From Phoronis australis (Eukaryota; Animalia; Phoronida): DNA of 64,000 nt. The notes below the pieces were generated by a model, which saw only the letters and a program-made list of their open reading frames with translations, searched no databases and had not been told where the DNA came from. Positions within the stretch are counted from its first letter, which is position 1. Each line of letters opens with the position of its first letter. Shown here piece after piece: positions 1-14,334 of this stretch. The position numbers and the translations under genes were made by a program. Location: NCBI GenBank assembly GCA_002633005.1, contig NMRA01000323.1, positions 206,817 to 270,816 of the forward strand, in the 5' to 3' direction.

Positions 1-339
1 AGATATCATTTGGAAGTTCGGGGTGCGACTTGCCGAGTAGCATATGCGCGCACCCAGCGGGTGCGGGGGGCGAATGCACAATGCATAGGTCATGAACAAA
101 CCCCGTTTACCGTTTTTCTTCGTAATAAGGTCCACAAACCCAAAAATTCGAGACCCCTGCATCCCTACATTTTAGGCTGGGCGCGCTCCTGTGGCAAAAT
201 TCTGGTTATTCCTGTGCTCTGCCCTCCCTAACTCAAAATTTCCTGGATCCGCCCCTGAAACGGGTAGCTGAGAATGAAAGACCAATAAGACAAAATCTCG
301 GATGACAAAATACAAGTACTGTGACTTGGATAGAAAACT

Positions 340-1750
340 TACCTTGAGATTTCTCTGGAATGCAGCACTGTGGTATCTGTTTATCAGTGAGGTATTCCGA
401 CGACGTGACTATTATTGCCGGCTTTTATAGACTGTCCATATCGAAACGCCTTGAACGTTTACGCAATTTTTGTTACATGCATGTCTCATTTCAATTTCGT
501 CCTTTTGAGGAGGTTCACATCAAAGAAAAAAATGGATGAGGTTCAAATAATGAGAAGACACTGGTATATGGTGGTGCCTTTTAGCTGTGACACTTTGATG
601 TGCGTTGTAGTAGTTAAATCTTAGTTTAATTGAGTAGGTCTGAATTGTTAATCTGAATACTTACTGCGAACTGGAAAATAAGACTGTCAACTCCTGGCAG
701 TAATAGAGTGTGTGACATGAGGAACACGGCATAAACGTTTAGATTCTTGTCTTACAATAGCTAATGAACCATATTTTAGCCAGAATTTAATTTCAAACTT
801 CTAAAAGTAAGGCAGGCCGAAGTAAAACCCGGCATTCCGGGCGCAATGCGCTCGTAGTTTCTTTCTAAGAAATGCGTGCGTTTCACTCGTTCGTACTGAA
901 GTGCACGTGTAGGATATGGCTATAGTCCCTGAAATATCGCTCGTGTCGCGTCAGTCCGGAAATCAATGGTAGAACACGCTCAAATTATTGTTGCATCGTC
1001 TACATTTACGCCCATTGTACCTGTACATAATGTATGGGAAACCTTGTGGGGCCTTAGTGTGGTACCGCGTAGGCTACGTTGAGTTCCATTAACATCTGGA
1101 ATAGTTGTGCACTGCTTTCCATTGGCTAAGCAGCAAGCACTTCGGATTGAAGTCTCTCAATTTCTTTAAAAGAGGCAAGTTGGCTTAAAACGTCTTTCAC
1201 GAGTAACCTGCTGATCGATCATAGGGGATTTCGTGAGTTTTGCTCAGGTGTTTCGTGCAATTGGCCCATCCAGGTAGCCAACGTACTTCTGATACACCGC
1301 AAAAGACCAGGGCGCCGGCATTCATTTTTATGTACATTGTATGAATCAACTCGGTTGCCATTGAAGCTTCATTGCCAAAATCCTCATTTTCTAAAAATTT
1401 TCTGAATTTTTTATCAAAATGTTTAAACATACCAGTGACATTTTGGATCGGGGCAATGCTTGATTTAGGACACAATGAACGATTGCTACAATTAAGAGTT
1501 AAGATTCTTGGAAACGAACGTCGAGAAGTCCGAGAAAACACTGCGCAGTCGTACGTCTTGCTATTGAACATGTGCTCAAGCGAAATATTCCATATGTTTA
1601 ATTTGCAGTAGATTATGTTTTCACAACAGAAAAACTCACGGTTGGGACTGTTGTTCAACACGATGGACTTTTTGAAGTTACTGACTTCGACCAGAACTTT
1701 AAACAATAAAATCCGTCATCATTTTGGGATTTTAGTATAAATTGCCAATT
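340..1750 (-). pseudogene. Possible decayed large exon of unknown family
   Basis: The 169-aa ORF at 1197-1706 is followed by protein-like but stop/frameshift-interrupted frames that end at a canonical donor (CAAG|GTAAGT, minus strand, ~340). The copy near 10215-11620 is more disrupted. No family recognised. Confidence 0.2.
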
Positions 1751-3669
1751 CTTGCTGTTGTTTGTCAGATATGTTCTGCAATCAAGGCCAATGACTACCA
1801 GATTTAATTGGTAAAGTGGAATGAACTTTTTATTTTAGGGTTTGTTTCATGTTTATTGAAAACGTACCGGAAATCGACTCTTAAGAAAGAAAAGAATGCA
1901 AAACTATCAATATTTTCACATCAGAACTTACGTCACATGGCGCCATATTTTACGAAAGTTTTCCGCAGTTACAATCAAAATGTTACTAACACACCATTGA
2001 GATTTTGAGTTCTTCCAAAATTGGGGAATGTGTAGTTTAGCACACGTTGGCTTTGCATAATTGATATATTGTTATCTAAAATATTCTTAGAAACGAAGGT
2101 TGAGAAGCCCGAGAAAACTGCGGTCGCAATATCTGGCGATTACGATTGAACACCCGCAAAATATTACTGTGTTTTATTTAATGGGGCGCTCTCGTTTTAC
2201 GACAGAAAAACGCATTTTGTGATAATTTTCAACGGGATATACAGTCATTAGCTTTGACCGTAGCTAAAAATAATAACATCATTCTTGTTTTGCGATTTTA
2301 TTACAAATCACCAATTCTCGCCGTTGTCTGTCAGTCATCCGTTGAGTTCGCTCAAAAGTAGTTCTGACCGAAAGTCAGTCATTTATGCCCAGAAGAGAAC
2401 ATTGCGTGTACTCTTATGCGCATCACACATCACAATGACTAAAAAGCGAAAAACTCGCTCCGAGGCAAACATAGTATGTACATGTACGTCAGGGCGCTCG
2501 ATTTCGCTACGAAAACACCGTTACTGGATTTTCAAAGGTGGGAGAAATGGAGGATTATATTGTGCGGTCCGCAGCGTTTGTTGCAGACAAGACCTCTGGA
2601 GCAATTCAACTCCTGTTGAATGGGCGCACTCGGGGGGGGGGGGGGGCACNCAGTGAAGTTCGGGGGTCTCGAATGAGCCTCCCAATTTGACGAATTGGGC
2701 AAAAAAGTTCCCCTCAACAAAACAAAAAGTCCCGAGTAAACGAGACAAGAGTCCACAAGTCCACAGGAACTCTGCGCGAATACACAATAGGCCTGAACCT
2801 AGCGGCTCCGCTTTTCTTAGTTGATTTTTGTCAGTAAAAGGTCTGCATATCTAAAAATTTGATCCCTCCTATATTTTAGGTTGGGTGCGCGCGTGAGCTC
2901 CATGCTCCTGATTTGTCGCTCAGTGGGGACTCACTCATGAGTCGGTTGCAAAATAAGCCTACGCAATCGTGGCTGCATGTTGATGCTTTGGTGTGAAACT
3001 TGACATGTAGATCTGGAACTGAACCCAACAGATTTACTGCAATGAAGGATATTGGCAAATACTTACTGGAATGAAAATTGTTCACATATCCTTGAATAAG
3101 TAGTAATTAAGAAATAAATGCACAAAAGTGGATAGGAATATTATTTAACAGGGAAAGTTAATTACCGTGACAACGACCTTAACAAACAAACGGCGGGCTG
3201 ATTAACTGTCACACCACCCCAGTCTCAAAATGCGTATCCTTGCTAACATTATCAAAAGGTTCCCTTTGAAATTTCACTCTCCATGATTGACAATTAGTCT
3301 CTGTCATTAAAGGGAGACCCTGTACCGCGCGCAATGCTCAGTGATTATGTATTTAAGAAAGCCAGTCGTTTTCTATCACGGTAATTCGGGAGGAAGCTTA
3401 ATTCAAATCATCTGCACATTAATTTAAATGTGCTGGGGCACTTGTCGCGGTAAACCTTCGCACTGCCACTCTGTTTCTCATTTTTAAAAGGCTGATTGCA
3501 CTGACGCAAACATTACCAAATGTTGCTGTTTCAGTGACGACTACACCGAGTACAAACTATGCTTGTAATTATATACTAAAAACATCCTTGATCTTTATTT
3601 TGGAGAGAAATTTGGCAAAACTAAATTTCAGTTGTCGACTATATTGTGTGCTAAAGAGATGAAGAATTA

Positions 3670-4160
3670 CTATGTGTTATTTATTGTGACCTACCAGACT
3701 GAAAGTGTGTGCTATTTTTGTGACCTACCAGACAGACATTAGTACTGAAAGTGTGTGTTATTTATTGTGACCTGTCAGACAGCATTGGTGCTGACAATGT
3801 GTGCTATTTATTGTGACCTACCAGACGGACATTAGTACTGAAAATGTGTGATATTTATTGTGACCTTCCAGATAGCATTAGCACTGAAAGTGTGTGCTGT
3901 TTATTGTGACTTGCCAGACAGCATTAGCACTGAAAGGGTTTGCTATTAATTGTGACCTGCCGGACAGCATTAATATTGAAAGTGTGTGCTATTTATTGTG
4001 ACCTGCCAGACAACATTAGTACTGAAAGTGCGTGCTATTTATCTTGACCTACAAAACAGACATTAGTACTGAAAGTGTGTGTTGTGACCTTCCAGATAGC
4101 ATTAGTACTGAAACTGTTTGTTATTTAATGTGACCTAACGTACAGCATTAGTACTGAAAG
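3670..4160. repeat. ~46-bp minisatellite, about 11 units
   Basis: Degenerate tandem unit TGTGTGCTATTTATTGTGACCTGCCAGACAGCATTAGTACTGAAAG. Confidence 0.92.
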
Positions 4161-7100
4161 TCGCTCTTCCCCACGATGACAGCCAGAAGTTTTTTCCCAT
4201 ATAGGCCTGCTGAAATTAATACAAAAGGCCCGATTACTTATTAACGTGGTCCTTAATATGTTTGCATATTAAACAGCTAAGTGGGTCATCTCAGTAAAAT
4301 CTTAAGAATTAGAAAATATTACGTTATTGACATTTTTGTCTGAATTTCTTACAAAATATTTTCAAAGGCGCTTAATCTTAGTCGCGGCTCACAATTTGTG
4401 GCCGCTACGCACCTTTATGAGAAATTTTAATGCCAATTGACTTTTGTCTACCTCATTTTAACACGGCGGAAAATGGCGTACGGTATAGCTGGGCTTCAGT
4501 CACACAGTCTCGATCTCATCTCTAACATTTTCATTGTCTATATTCAACTAGCATCCCATAGGAACTGCTTCCGAAGTACGCGGCCAATATCGTACTTTGC
4601 CCTAACGTTGGGCGTCCTTCAAAATTGAAGCGAAATAAAGTTTTGCGAAGCAGTTTTCAACTCATGTGTTATGACACTGATTAATTTGACTTTACAAAAA
4701 ACTTTGAATGTCATTTTTTACATCAAACAAAGGCTATTATTTAATTTGAAAAACTTTCGCCTTTGCGTTGAATTTTTGCCGCATACTCTGTCATTTAATA
4801 CTAGCGCGCGACATCAAATTTCACAATGATCAGGCCATACTAGACGAAAACAGTACCACAAGGTCTCAGTAACAAAATCACAACTAACAAAGACGGCTCA
4901 CAGCCTTGACTGCCGCTTTGATAACTTTCGAGTCCAAGTGGCCTGCCCCGGTCGATGGGCAATACATGTACGTTCATGGCGAACAGCCGGTGATGATCAC
5001 TGGAGTGCGGGGACTGGGTACTCGAGCCACCGGGAGTCCGAGTGCGGGAGATGGCCGACCAAGCCGTCCCGGGGGCCCCGCGAAAACGGGTGCAGGGTAC
5101 CCTGCACCCGTGAATATTCGTTCTTGGTTTCCAGGAACACATAAAAACTCAGATTTTTATCTCTCTTGTTGTTTTTGAAGCAGCCAGGATTACAATAAGT
5201 GTATCCGCCGTAAGTTTTCTTCGCGTTCATACCGCGTATTATGCTTGTTACCATGACCGCTTTCGGAATCCTGACCACAGCACCCACAATGCACCATTTT
5301 AACCTAATTTCAATATGGCGTCGCTGCAAATCCGCCACCAGACTTATTACAGACCCCGTTTGACGCGTGAACTCAGTCAAACTCAGAGTGAATTGGTGTA
5401 ATCGAAAATAATAAATTGCGTAATTTCGGTTGCAGTTGGGCGATTTTGGGGATTCAAAAACTAAACATGATCACCATTTGACGAAGATTTCAGAAATACT
5501 CTTGGCTTATGTTCAAATATTTTATAACTTAACTTTTACTTTAACTGAGCAATCCAGTCAGGATAAATACGATCGCGATTCGATATTAAAGCAATTATCA
5601 AAAGAGAGCTGGCCCTCCAACCATAAATGCCAGAATGGAGTTAATCAGTCAAAAACCGGACGATCGCCGCACAAATAAAAAAGTTCATGTTCAATTCAAC
5701 GTTTCGTGTTTTCATTAGACATCATCAGGATCATATTTAAAACAATTTAGGACAACGAGTGCCAACATACAGCTTAGGTAACATCCATAGAGTGAAGTGA
5801 GAGATACATAGAATATGGTCAGTAGCTGGTCGTGTAAGATATTGGCTACAGGGGTAAACTTGTTGGGCTATAGAATCGAATATTATGTTTGGAGCAACGG
5901 GAAAACGCCGTAGCTCCGGGGAACACTGCTCACGCTTATCTCCGGTTTGGTGCCTCACACTTTCTTCACGCCTTCGGTGGCTGACATCTGCGATGGTGCA
6001 ATAAAAATAAATTTTAGATCTGCGTTAACAGGTAGCGTTGGTGTACCTGTCGTGCAGATGTAAGCTATCGGTTTGGCTGAGTAGTAATTTTCATTAGTTT
6101 CGAATAACTCCGTTATTTTACGTATTGGCCATACAAACATCCTCTTTTAAGGCGTCTGGCAATATATTGTTCATGTTACCACTCCAAGGCCTGTCCCATG
6201 AACAAGTTTGCCGTGGTTAGTAAAGACGGACAAACCCAATATCTTCTACACACGTTACAATCGTGCTTACCAACAACTGGGCAGTAAGATGTTTAGGGTT
6301 CCATTATTTTCTGAAACAAAGCCACAATTGATTTGCTGAAGAGTTTTACATACACAGCCAAAAATTCTGTTGTGTACGTTTCCGGTTTTAACTTTTTGTG
6401 GTATCACAAAAATCCCTACGTGTTGTAAAAAGCAAACAGTTTTGAACTTCAAAATGTCCGTTCTTTTTGTCCCCCACTATCAATGACTTTTTCCTGTCAT
6501 TGAAAACTGGTGTTATGTTGTTGCCAGTAAAATCGTACTGTACACTTCAATACTGAAAACTTGGCTTGAGCTGTCCGATTCGCAATTATATTATATTGTT
6601 AGTTTATGTTAAATGTTACTATAGATTAAATAATTAGAAAATGAAATGTAAAGAAATTTTCAATTGGTATAAAATTTTCAAATGAATGTCTTTGCTGGGG
6701 GCAATATAAAAATTGTGTTTTAACACTTGATGACAATGTTTATCTCTTTTATCGTTTTATGTAGGACCTATATATAAAAATTCCAAATTTGGCATATCTG
6801 CAAAATGTCTAATCAGATTCACGAATTCACCATTATGCTTGAAAACGAGGTGTTCTGTTCAAATTAAAATGGTTCTGTACGTTTGGAACACGCGCTCTTT
6901 CACGTTTGCGTTGTTAAAACGAGGCAATGTGTCCTAAACAACAATGCACAACAATCGTTTTTTGCAGCGCCACCAAAGTGTGCAAGTAGTGAATTGTCAC
7001 AGTTTACACGTCAATTATCGATTACAATACAAAACACGAAATAAATCAAAAGCAAGTGCTCGCTCACTCAACATTCCGTCGCACAAAACCAAAATTGCGT

Positions 7101-7899
7101 ATCAGAGGTGCTCTTCTTTATTTCAGCCTGCTAGCAATCACACAGCTTCACAAAACTGCAGCGAAAAAGCAGGCTTGCGTTTTATTTGAGATGCACAGTA
7201 CGAGGGTGACCAAAGTCACGTCAGTCGCCGTACTGGTCAAACTTCACTCGCGCTATTGTAATAAGTTGACTGATAGACTTTGACCAGGTGATGTGCTCAG
7301 AGGCGCATGCGCACAATTTTAGTGGTTTTCGTGTACATTTTCATGCATGTGTAAATAGGTGCACATACGAAGTTTGTGGATTAGTAGTTTGTGGATTTGA
7401 AACAAAGACTGTTTGCAGTCATTTCATTGAAGTCGTAGCGGAAGTAGTCTCTGAGAAAGCAGGAATGAAAAACAAACAACAATTCTACGGCAGAATGTCA
7501 CACAGCGTCGATTAGAGGGTCATTGTCAAGCAGTGAAGTACATGCAAATGTAATATACAAAAGTTGTCTAAAATTAATTTTTCAAGCGTTTTATTATACG
7601 ACATATCAAAGCACATTTTTGAATTAGGAAATGCACATGATGTCAACGCATTATTGCTGTTGAAGTGCCTAGTCTTTCTCTATTCTGCTGGTTTCGGCCA
7701 CCGTATCACTCTCCACCTTGAGCGGGGACTCGACGTCGCGCGTGACTTTAGCTAATTTGCCACGACGAAAATGACGAAGACCAAAACCGAAGACCACGCT
7801 GAAAGAACAACAGTCCATGTAGTGCATCAACGCCTAGTTTTGACCATTATAATCAATCAGGTAGAGGGAGTGGGTGGTAGGAAGTGGGAAGGGAAAGAC

Positions 7900-7986
7900 G
7901 AGAGAGTGAGAGAGAGGGGGGAGGGAGAGAGGAAGGGAGGGAGGGAGGNGAGAGAGAGAGAGTGAGAGAGAGAGAGAGAGAGAGAG
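7900..7986. repeat. (GA)n / purine-rich microsatellite
   Basis: GAGAGAG run containing a single N. Confidence 0.9.
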
Positions 7987-9613
7987 TTCCGTTGCGAATT
8001 TCTCATTTCAAGACATTAAACACTATGTTTGTTTAATTTCCAACTCATTTGTACATTTTGCTAGCTCTCAAATGTATTTTCTATGACTTTATCGTTGTTG
8101 TCTTGGTTTTTTCTGAACTTTGATTTGAGAATGCAATAAAGCTAAGCGCAGGCGATAATAAATTGGCCGAACTTACAAGCAGTATTTGCACAAAGTTCAC
8201 GACTGCGCTTAACCACAAGTTCTTTTTTGTCATTAACCGCGTATTATGTCATAGAAAACACCTTTAAATTTTGCATTAACCGTTTCAGTAGCCATTAGTG
8301 ATTAGTTAAACACTTACTCTGTTGTCATGAAAGCAGCAAATGTTACTAGGAAGACGAGGAAGATGGCGGCCTTGTACATTGTTGAGATCTGCAGTAGAGT
8401 GAAGTAGATTTAAAATTAGTTGACGAAATACTGTGTAATTTGATCACGAGCAAGTGACAGAAAACCAAAACATACACTGTGCTGTGCAATCAAGCATTTT
8501 CACAGGTTTATCTAAGAACTGTGAAAATACAATATAGTAGGCCTACTGTATCTACATTGACATTGTACCCTTCAAATCCGTTGAACTGCTACGCATTGTG
8601 TCAACATACAAACTTTTGTTTAATAAAAAACCTACTGGCAGACCTGATCTGAACTTGTTTCGTACTCAACTTAACAGTGGCAGATTAAGAGGGGGGCCAA
8701 AGGGGTCACTACTAGGATAGTCACGGTTTGAATGTGCATAGCATCGGTGTTCAATGGCCGTACGTGCACGTGATATAATGCTACTCTTTGGATTAGTCAC
8801 TGGAGATAGAGTTTTTTATGTTTTTTCTCTTGAGAACCATTTTCGTTCAGTAGGCCTATGCACACTCGACACTATGTGCGTCTGTGCAAGATTTCTAGTG
8901 CTACTGGACACACTGTTTTTGTTGTTTCATTGTCTTAATTTGAAAATGTTTAACCCTCCTGGTGATGAAACGTTCCACTTTCAGTATCATACCCTCTTCC
9001 TTCTAGAAAACACTGAAAATGAGATTTGATTGTGAAATGTCCAAATTTGTCAAAACGAGGCAGAAATTTTGCACCCGCTATGTCAACCCCGTTACACTGT
9101 GTTGGGTTAGTCTTTCTGGACTTAACTCAAAACGTAGGCTAAGATACGTAGTTTTTGACATCAGTACCATATGACGTCATTAGATTCACCATCTAACACA
9201 AGTATTTGTTGTTTGATTTTCTTTTCTAATTCAATAGAATTCACAATAAATTTCATAGTTCAAAACTTGCATTTTTGGTCCCCGCTAGCCTACATCTCAT
9301 AAAAAGGGGAGGCATCTTTTATTATTATTATATTTTTGAAACATTTCACAAGTTACAACACTTAAACAAGAGTGTCTCTCAAAAACTTTGAATGTTTCTT
9401 AGTTTGTTGATCTGAAAATAACAAACAGTTATTTAATTGTCACCTCCGTTACGCACAAACTGCTGTGAAATCGCCACTCGGTTTCCCACTGTACAAATGT
9501 ACGTGCACACCTACAATCTGTGTCGCAATAACAACATGCGCACAATTGCATGCATTGTATTGGCTGTTAAGTCTTTTTTAAAAACAATGCTTAACTGTGG
9601 AAAATAATCAATA

Positions 9614-9843
9614 NNNNNNNNNNNNNNNNNNNNNNNNNNNNNNNNNNNNNNNNNNNNNNNNNNNNNNNNNNNNNNNNNNNNNNNNNNNNNNNNNNNNNNN
9701 NNNNNNNNNNNNNNNNNNNNNNNNNNNNNNNNNNNNNNNNNNNNNNNNNNNNNNNNNNNNNNNNNNNNNNNNNNNNNNNNNNNNNNNNNNNNNNNNNNNN
9801 NNNNNNNNNNNNNNNNNNNNNNNNNNNNNNNNNNNNNNNNNNN
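9614..9843. other. Assembly gap (N run)
   Basis: 230 N; ORFs that span it are artefacts. Confidence 0.99.
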
Positions 9844-12800
9844 GGGCAAAGGGGTCATGCCCCCCATAAATTCTCTCAGATATCATTTGGAAGTTCGGGG
9901 TGCGACTTGCTGAGTAGCATATGCTCGCACCCAGGGGGCTCGGGGGAACGCACAATGCATAGGCCATGAACAAACCCTTTTTACCGTTTTTCTTAGTAAT
10001 AAGGTCGACAAACCCAAAAATTCGAGACCCCTGCATCCCTACATTTTAGGCTGGCGCGCTCCTGTGGCGAGATTCTGGTTATTCCTGTGCTCTGCCCCCC
10101 ACCCCAACTCAAATTTTCCTGGATTCGCCCCTGAAACGGGTAGCTGAGAATGAAAGACCAATAAGACAATATCTCGGATGACAAAATACAAGTACTGTGA
10201 CTTGAATAGAAAACTTACCTTGAGATTTCTCTGGAATGCAGCACTGCGGTAACTGTTTATCAGTGACTGAGGTTGTCCGACGACGTGACTATTATTGCCG
10301 GCTTTTATAGAATGTCCATCCCGAAACGCCTTGAACGTTTACGCAATTTTTGTTACATGCATGTCTCATTTCAATTTCGTCCTTTTGAGGAGGTTCATAT
10401 CAAAGAAAAAAATGGATGAGGTTCAAATAATGAGAAGACACTGGCATATGGTGGTGCCCTCTAGCTGTGACACTTTGATGTGCGTTGTAGTAGTTAAATC
10501 TTAGTTTAATTGAGTAGGTCTGAATTGTTAATCTGAATACTTTAGGCTGCGAACGGGAGAGACTGTCAACTCCTGGCAGTAATAGAGTGTGTGACATGAG
10601 GAACACGGCATAAACGTTTAGATTCTTGTCTTAGGCCTGCAGTAGCCAATGAACCATACTTCAGCCAGAATTTAATTTTAAATTCTTAAAAGTAAGGCAG
10701 GCCGAAGTACAACCCGGCATTCCGGGCGCAATGCGTTCGTAATTGTTTTCTATGAAATGCGTGCGTTTCACTCGTTTGTACCGAAGTGCACGTGTAGATA
10801 TGGCTATAGTCCCTGAAATATCGCTCGTGTCGCGTCAGTCCAGAAATCAATGGTAGAACACGCTCAAATTATTGTTGCATCGTCTACATTTACGCCCATT
10901 GTACCTGTACATAATGTATGAAAAACCTTGTGGGGCCTTAGTGTGGTACCGCGTAGGCTACGTTGAATCCCCTTAACATCTGGAATAGTTGTGCACTGCT
11001 TTCCATTGGCTAAGCAGCAAGCACTTCGGATGGAAGTCTCTCAATTTCCTTAAAAGAGGCAAGTTGGCTTAAAACGTCTTTCACGAGTAACCTTCTGATC
11101 GATCGTAGGGGATCTCGTGAATTTGGCTCAGGTGTTTCGTGCTATTGGCCCATCCAGGTAGCCAACGTACGTCTGATACACCGCAAAAGACCAGGGCTCC
11201 GGCATTCATTTTTATGTACATTGTATGAATCAACTCGGTTGCCACTGAAGCTTCAACGCCAAATTCCTCATTTTCTAAAATTTTTCTGAATTTTTTATCA
11301 AAATGTTTAAACATACCAATGACGTTTTGCATCGGGGCAATACTTGATTTAGGACACTATGAACGATTGCTACAATTAGGAGTTAAGATTCTTGGAAACG
11401 AACGTCGAGAAGTCCGAGAAAACACTGCGCAGTCGTACGCCTTGCTATTGAACATGTGCTCAAGCGAAATATTCCATATGTTTAATTTGTAGTAGATTAT
11501 CGTTTTCTCAACAGAAAAACTCACGGTTGGGACTGTTGTTCAACGGGATGGACTTTTTGAAGTTATTGACTTCGACCAGAACTTTAAACAATAAAATCCG
11601 TCGTCTTTTTTGTGATTTTAGTATAAATTGCCAATTCTTGCTGTTGTTTGTCAGATATGTTCTGCAATTAAGTCCAATGACTAGCAGCTTTAAGTGGTAA
11701 AGTGTAATGAACTTTTTGTTTCCAGGTTTGTTTCATGTTTATTGAAAACGTACCGGAAATCGTCTCTTAAGAAAGAAGAGAATGCAAAACTATCAATATT
11801 TTCACATGAGAACTTACGTCACATGGCGCCATATTTTACGAAAGTTTTCCGCAGTTACAATCAAAATGTTACTAACACACCATTGAGATTTTGAGTTCTT
11901 CCAAATTTGGGGAATGTGTGGTTTAGCACACTTTGGCTTTGTATAATTGATACATTGTTATCTCCAAGATTCTTAGAAACGAAGTCCGAGAAAACTGCGG
12001 TCGCAATATCTGGCGATTACGATTGAACACGCGCAAAATATTACTGTGTTTTATTAATTGGGCGCTCTCGTTTTACGACAGAAAAACGCATTTTTGTGAT
12101 AATTTTCAACGGGATATAAAGTCATTAGCTTTGACCGTAGCTAAAAATAATAACATCATTCTTGTTTTGCGATTTTATTACAAATCACCAATTCTCGCCG
12201 TTGTCTGTCAGACATCCGTTGAGATCGCTCAAAAGTAGTTCTGACCGAAAGTCAGTCATTTATGCCCAGAAGAGAACATTGCGTGTACTCTTATGCGCAT
12301 CACACATCACAATGACTAAAAAGCGAAAAACTCGCTTAGGGGCAAACATAGTATGTACGTCAGGGCGCTCGAAAACACCGTTACTGGATTTTCAAAGGTG
12401 GGAGAAATGGAAGATTATTTTGTGCGGTCCGCAGCGTTTGTTGCAGACATGACCTCTGGAGCAATTCAACTCCTGTTGAATGGGCGCACTCGGAAGGGGG
12501 GCACCCAGGGGGGCTCGGGGGGGGGGNAAGCTAGCGGCCCCGCTTTTTTAGTTGATTTTTGTCAGTGAAAGGTCCGCATATCTAAACATTCGAGTCCTCC
12601 TATATTTTAGGCTGTTTGCGCACATGAGCTCCATGCTTCTGATTTGTCGCTCAGTGGGGAATCGCTCATGAGTCGGTTGCAAAATAAGCCTACGCAATCA
12701 TGGCTGCATGTTGATGCTTTGGTGGGAAACTTGACATGTAGCTCTGGAACTGAACCCAACAGATTTACTGCACTGAAGGATACTGGCAAATACTTACTGG

Positions 12801-13409
12801 AATGAAAATTGTTCACATATCCTTGAATAAGTAGTAAATAAGGAATAAATGCATAAAAGTGGATAGGAATATTATTTAACAGGGAAAATTAATTACCGTG
12901 ACAACGACCTTAACAAACAAACGGCGGCTGATTAACTGTCACACCACCCCAGTCTCAAAATGCGTATCCTTGCTAACATTATCAAAAGGTTCCCTTTGAA
13001 ATTTCACTCGCCATGATTGGCAACTGATCCCTGTCATTAAAGGGAGACCCTGTCCCGCGCGCAATGCTCAGTGATTATGTATTTAGGAATGCCAGTCGTT
13101 TTCTATCACGGTATTTCGGGATGAAGCTTAATTTAAGTCATCTTCATAGTAGTAGGCCTAAGGTAAATGTGCTGGGGCGTTTGTCGCGGTAATCCTTCGC
13201 ACTGCCACAATTGTCAGTCTGTTTCTCATTTTCAAAAGGCTGATTGCACTGACGCAAACATTACCAAATGTTGCTGTTTCAGTGACGCCTACACCGAGTA
13301 CAAACCATGCTTGTATTTATATACTAAAAACATCCTTGATCTTTATTTTTGGAGAGAAATTTGGCAAAACAGTTGTCGACTATATTGTGTGCTGAAGAGG
13401 TGAAGAATT

Positions 13410-13736
13410 ACTGTGTTATTTATTGTGAACTACCAGACATTAGTACTGAAAGTGTGTGCTATTTATTGTGACCTGCCAGACAGCATAAGTACTGAAAGTG
13501 TATGTTATTTATTGTGACCTGTCAGACAGCATTAGTACTGAAAGTGCGTGCTATTTTTGTGACCTACAAAACAGACATTAGTACTGAAAGTGTGTGTTAT
13601 TTATTGTGACCTGCCAGGCAGACATTAGTACTGAAAGTCTACTGGTGTGTTATTTATTGTGACCTACCAGACAGCATTAGTACTGAAACTGTTTGTTATT
13701 TAATGTGACCTGGCGGACAGCATTAGTACTGAAAGT
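13410..13736. repeat. ~46-bp minisatellite, about 7 units (paralogue of 3670-4160)
   Basis: Same TTTATTGTGACCT.CCAGACAGCATTAGTACTGAAAG unit. Confidence 0.9.
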
Positions 13737-14086
13737 CGCTCTTCCCCACGATGACAGCCAGTAGTTTTTTCCAAATAGGCCTACTTAAATTAATACAAAA
13801 GGCCCGATTACTTATTATGCTGGTCCTTAATATGTTTGCAAATTAAACAGCTAAGTGGGTGAGCTCAGTAAAATCTTAAGAATTTGAAAATATCACGTAA
13901 TTGACATTTTTCGTCTAAATTTCTCACACAATATTTTCAAAGGCGCTTAATCTTAGTCGTGGCTCATAATTTGTGGCCGCTACGCACCTTTATGAGAAAT
14001 TTTGATGCCAACTGACTTTTGTTTACCTCATTTTAATACGGCGGAAAATGGCGTACGGTAGCTGGGCATCACACAGTCTTGATCTG

Positions 14087-14334
14087 GGGCCCGTTCCAAC
14101 AAAACTGACTTAGCTAAGACAATTCCTAAATTTTACTAAATTTTAAAATAAAAGTTCAATTTGTCTCAAAATCATTTCAAGAAAGAGATGTTGAGCTTGA
14201 TTTAAGTGTTTGACGTACGTTTTGGCTTAATTTTGATGAATTTACCAGATGTGGAAGTTTCAAAGTTTGGAAGTTAAGACAAATCTTAGACTTAAGTCAA
14301 TAATGAACTTAACTCAGTTTCTTGGAACGGGCCC
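14087..14334. mobile_element. PIF/Harbinger-type MITE, 248 bp
   Basis: TIRs GGGCCCGTTCCAA...TTGGAACGGGCCC; CTG TSD at 14084-14086 and 14335-14337. The empty site is present in copy A near 4512 (GATCTCATCTCTAAC). Confidence 0.88.

Larger units (their letters stand above)
1..5121. repeat. Copy A of a ~5.1-kb diverged segmental duplication (left end runs off the window)
   Basis: Colinear with 9878-14933 from AGATATCATTTGGAAGTTCGGGG to GTGAATATTCGT, with many substitutions and indels. Paired ORFs in the track, e.g. 415/10295, 1808/11694, 2285/12162. Confidence 0.95.

Noticed and set aside
2630-2800. Apparent ~150-bp deletion in copy B (near 12527) relative to copy A
   Set aside because: Both sites have a single N beside a poly-G run, so the difference may be sequencing dropout or scaffolding rather than a real deletion.
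3670-4160. CRISPR-like appearance of regularly spaced repeats (also 13410-13736 and 21186-21535)
   Set aside because: Units are contiguous with no unique spacers, there are no cas genes, and the context is eukaryotic; these are minisatellites.
8949-9480. piggyBac-like start TTAACCCT
   Set aside because: No matching right terminus was found before the assembly gap.
9511-10036. Long ORFs across the N gap (also 33895-34539)
   Set aside because: They are open only because N codons contain no stops.
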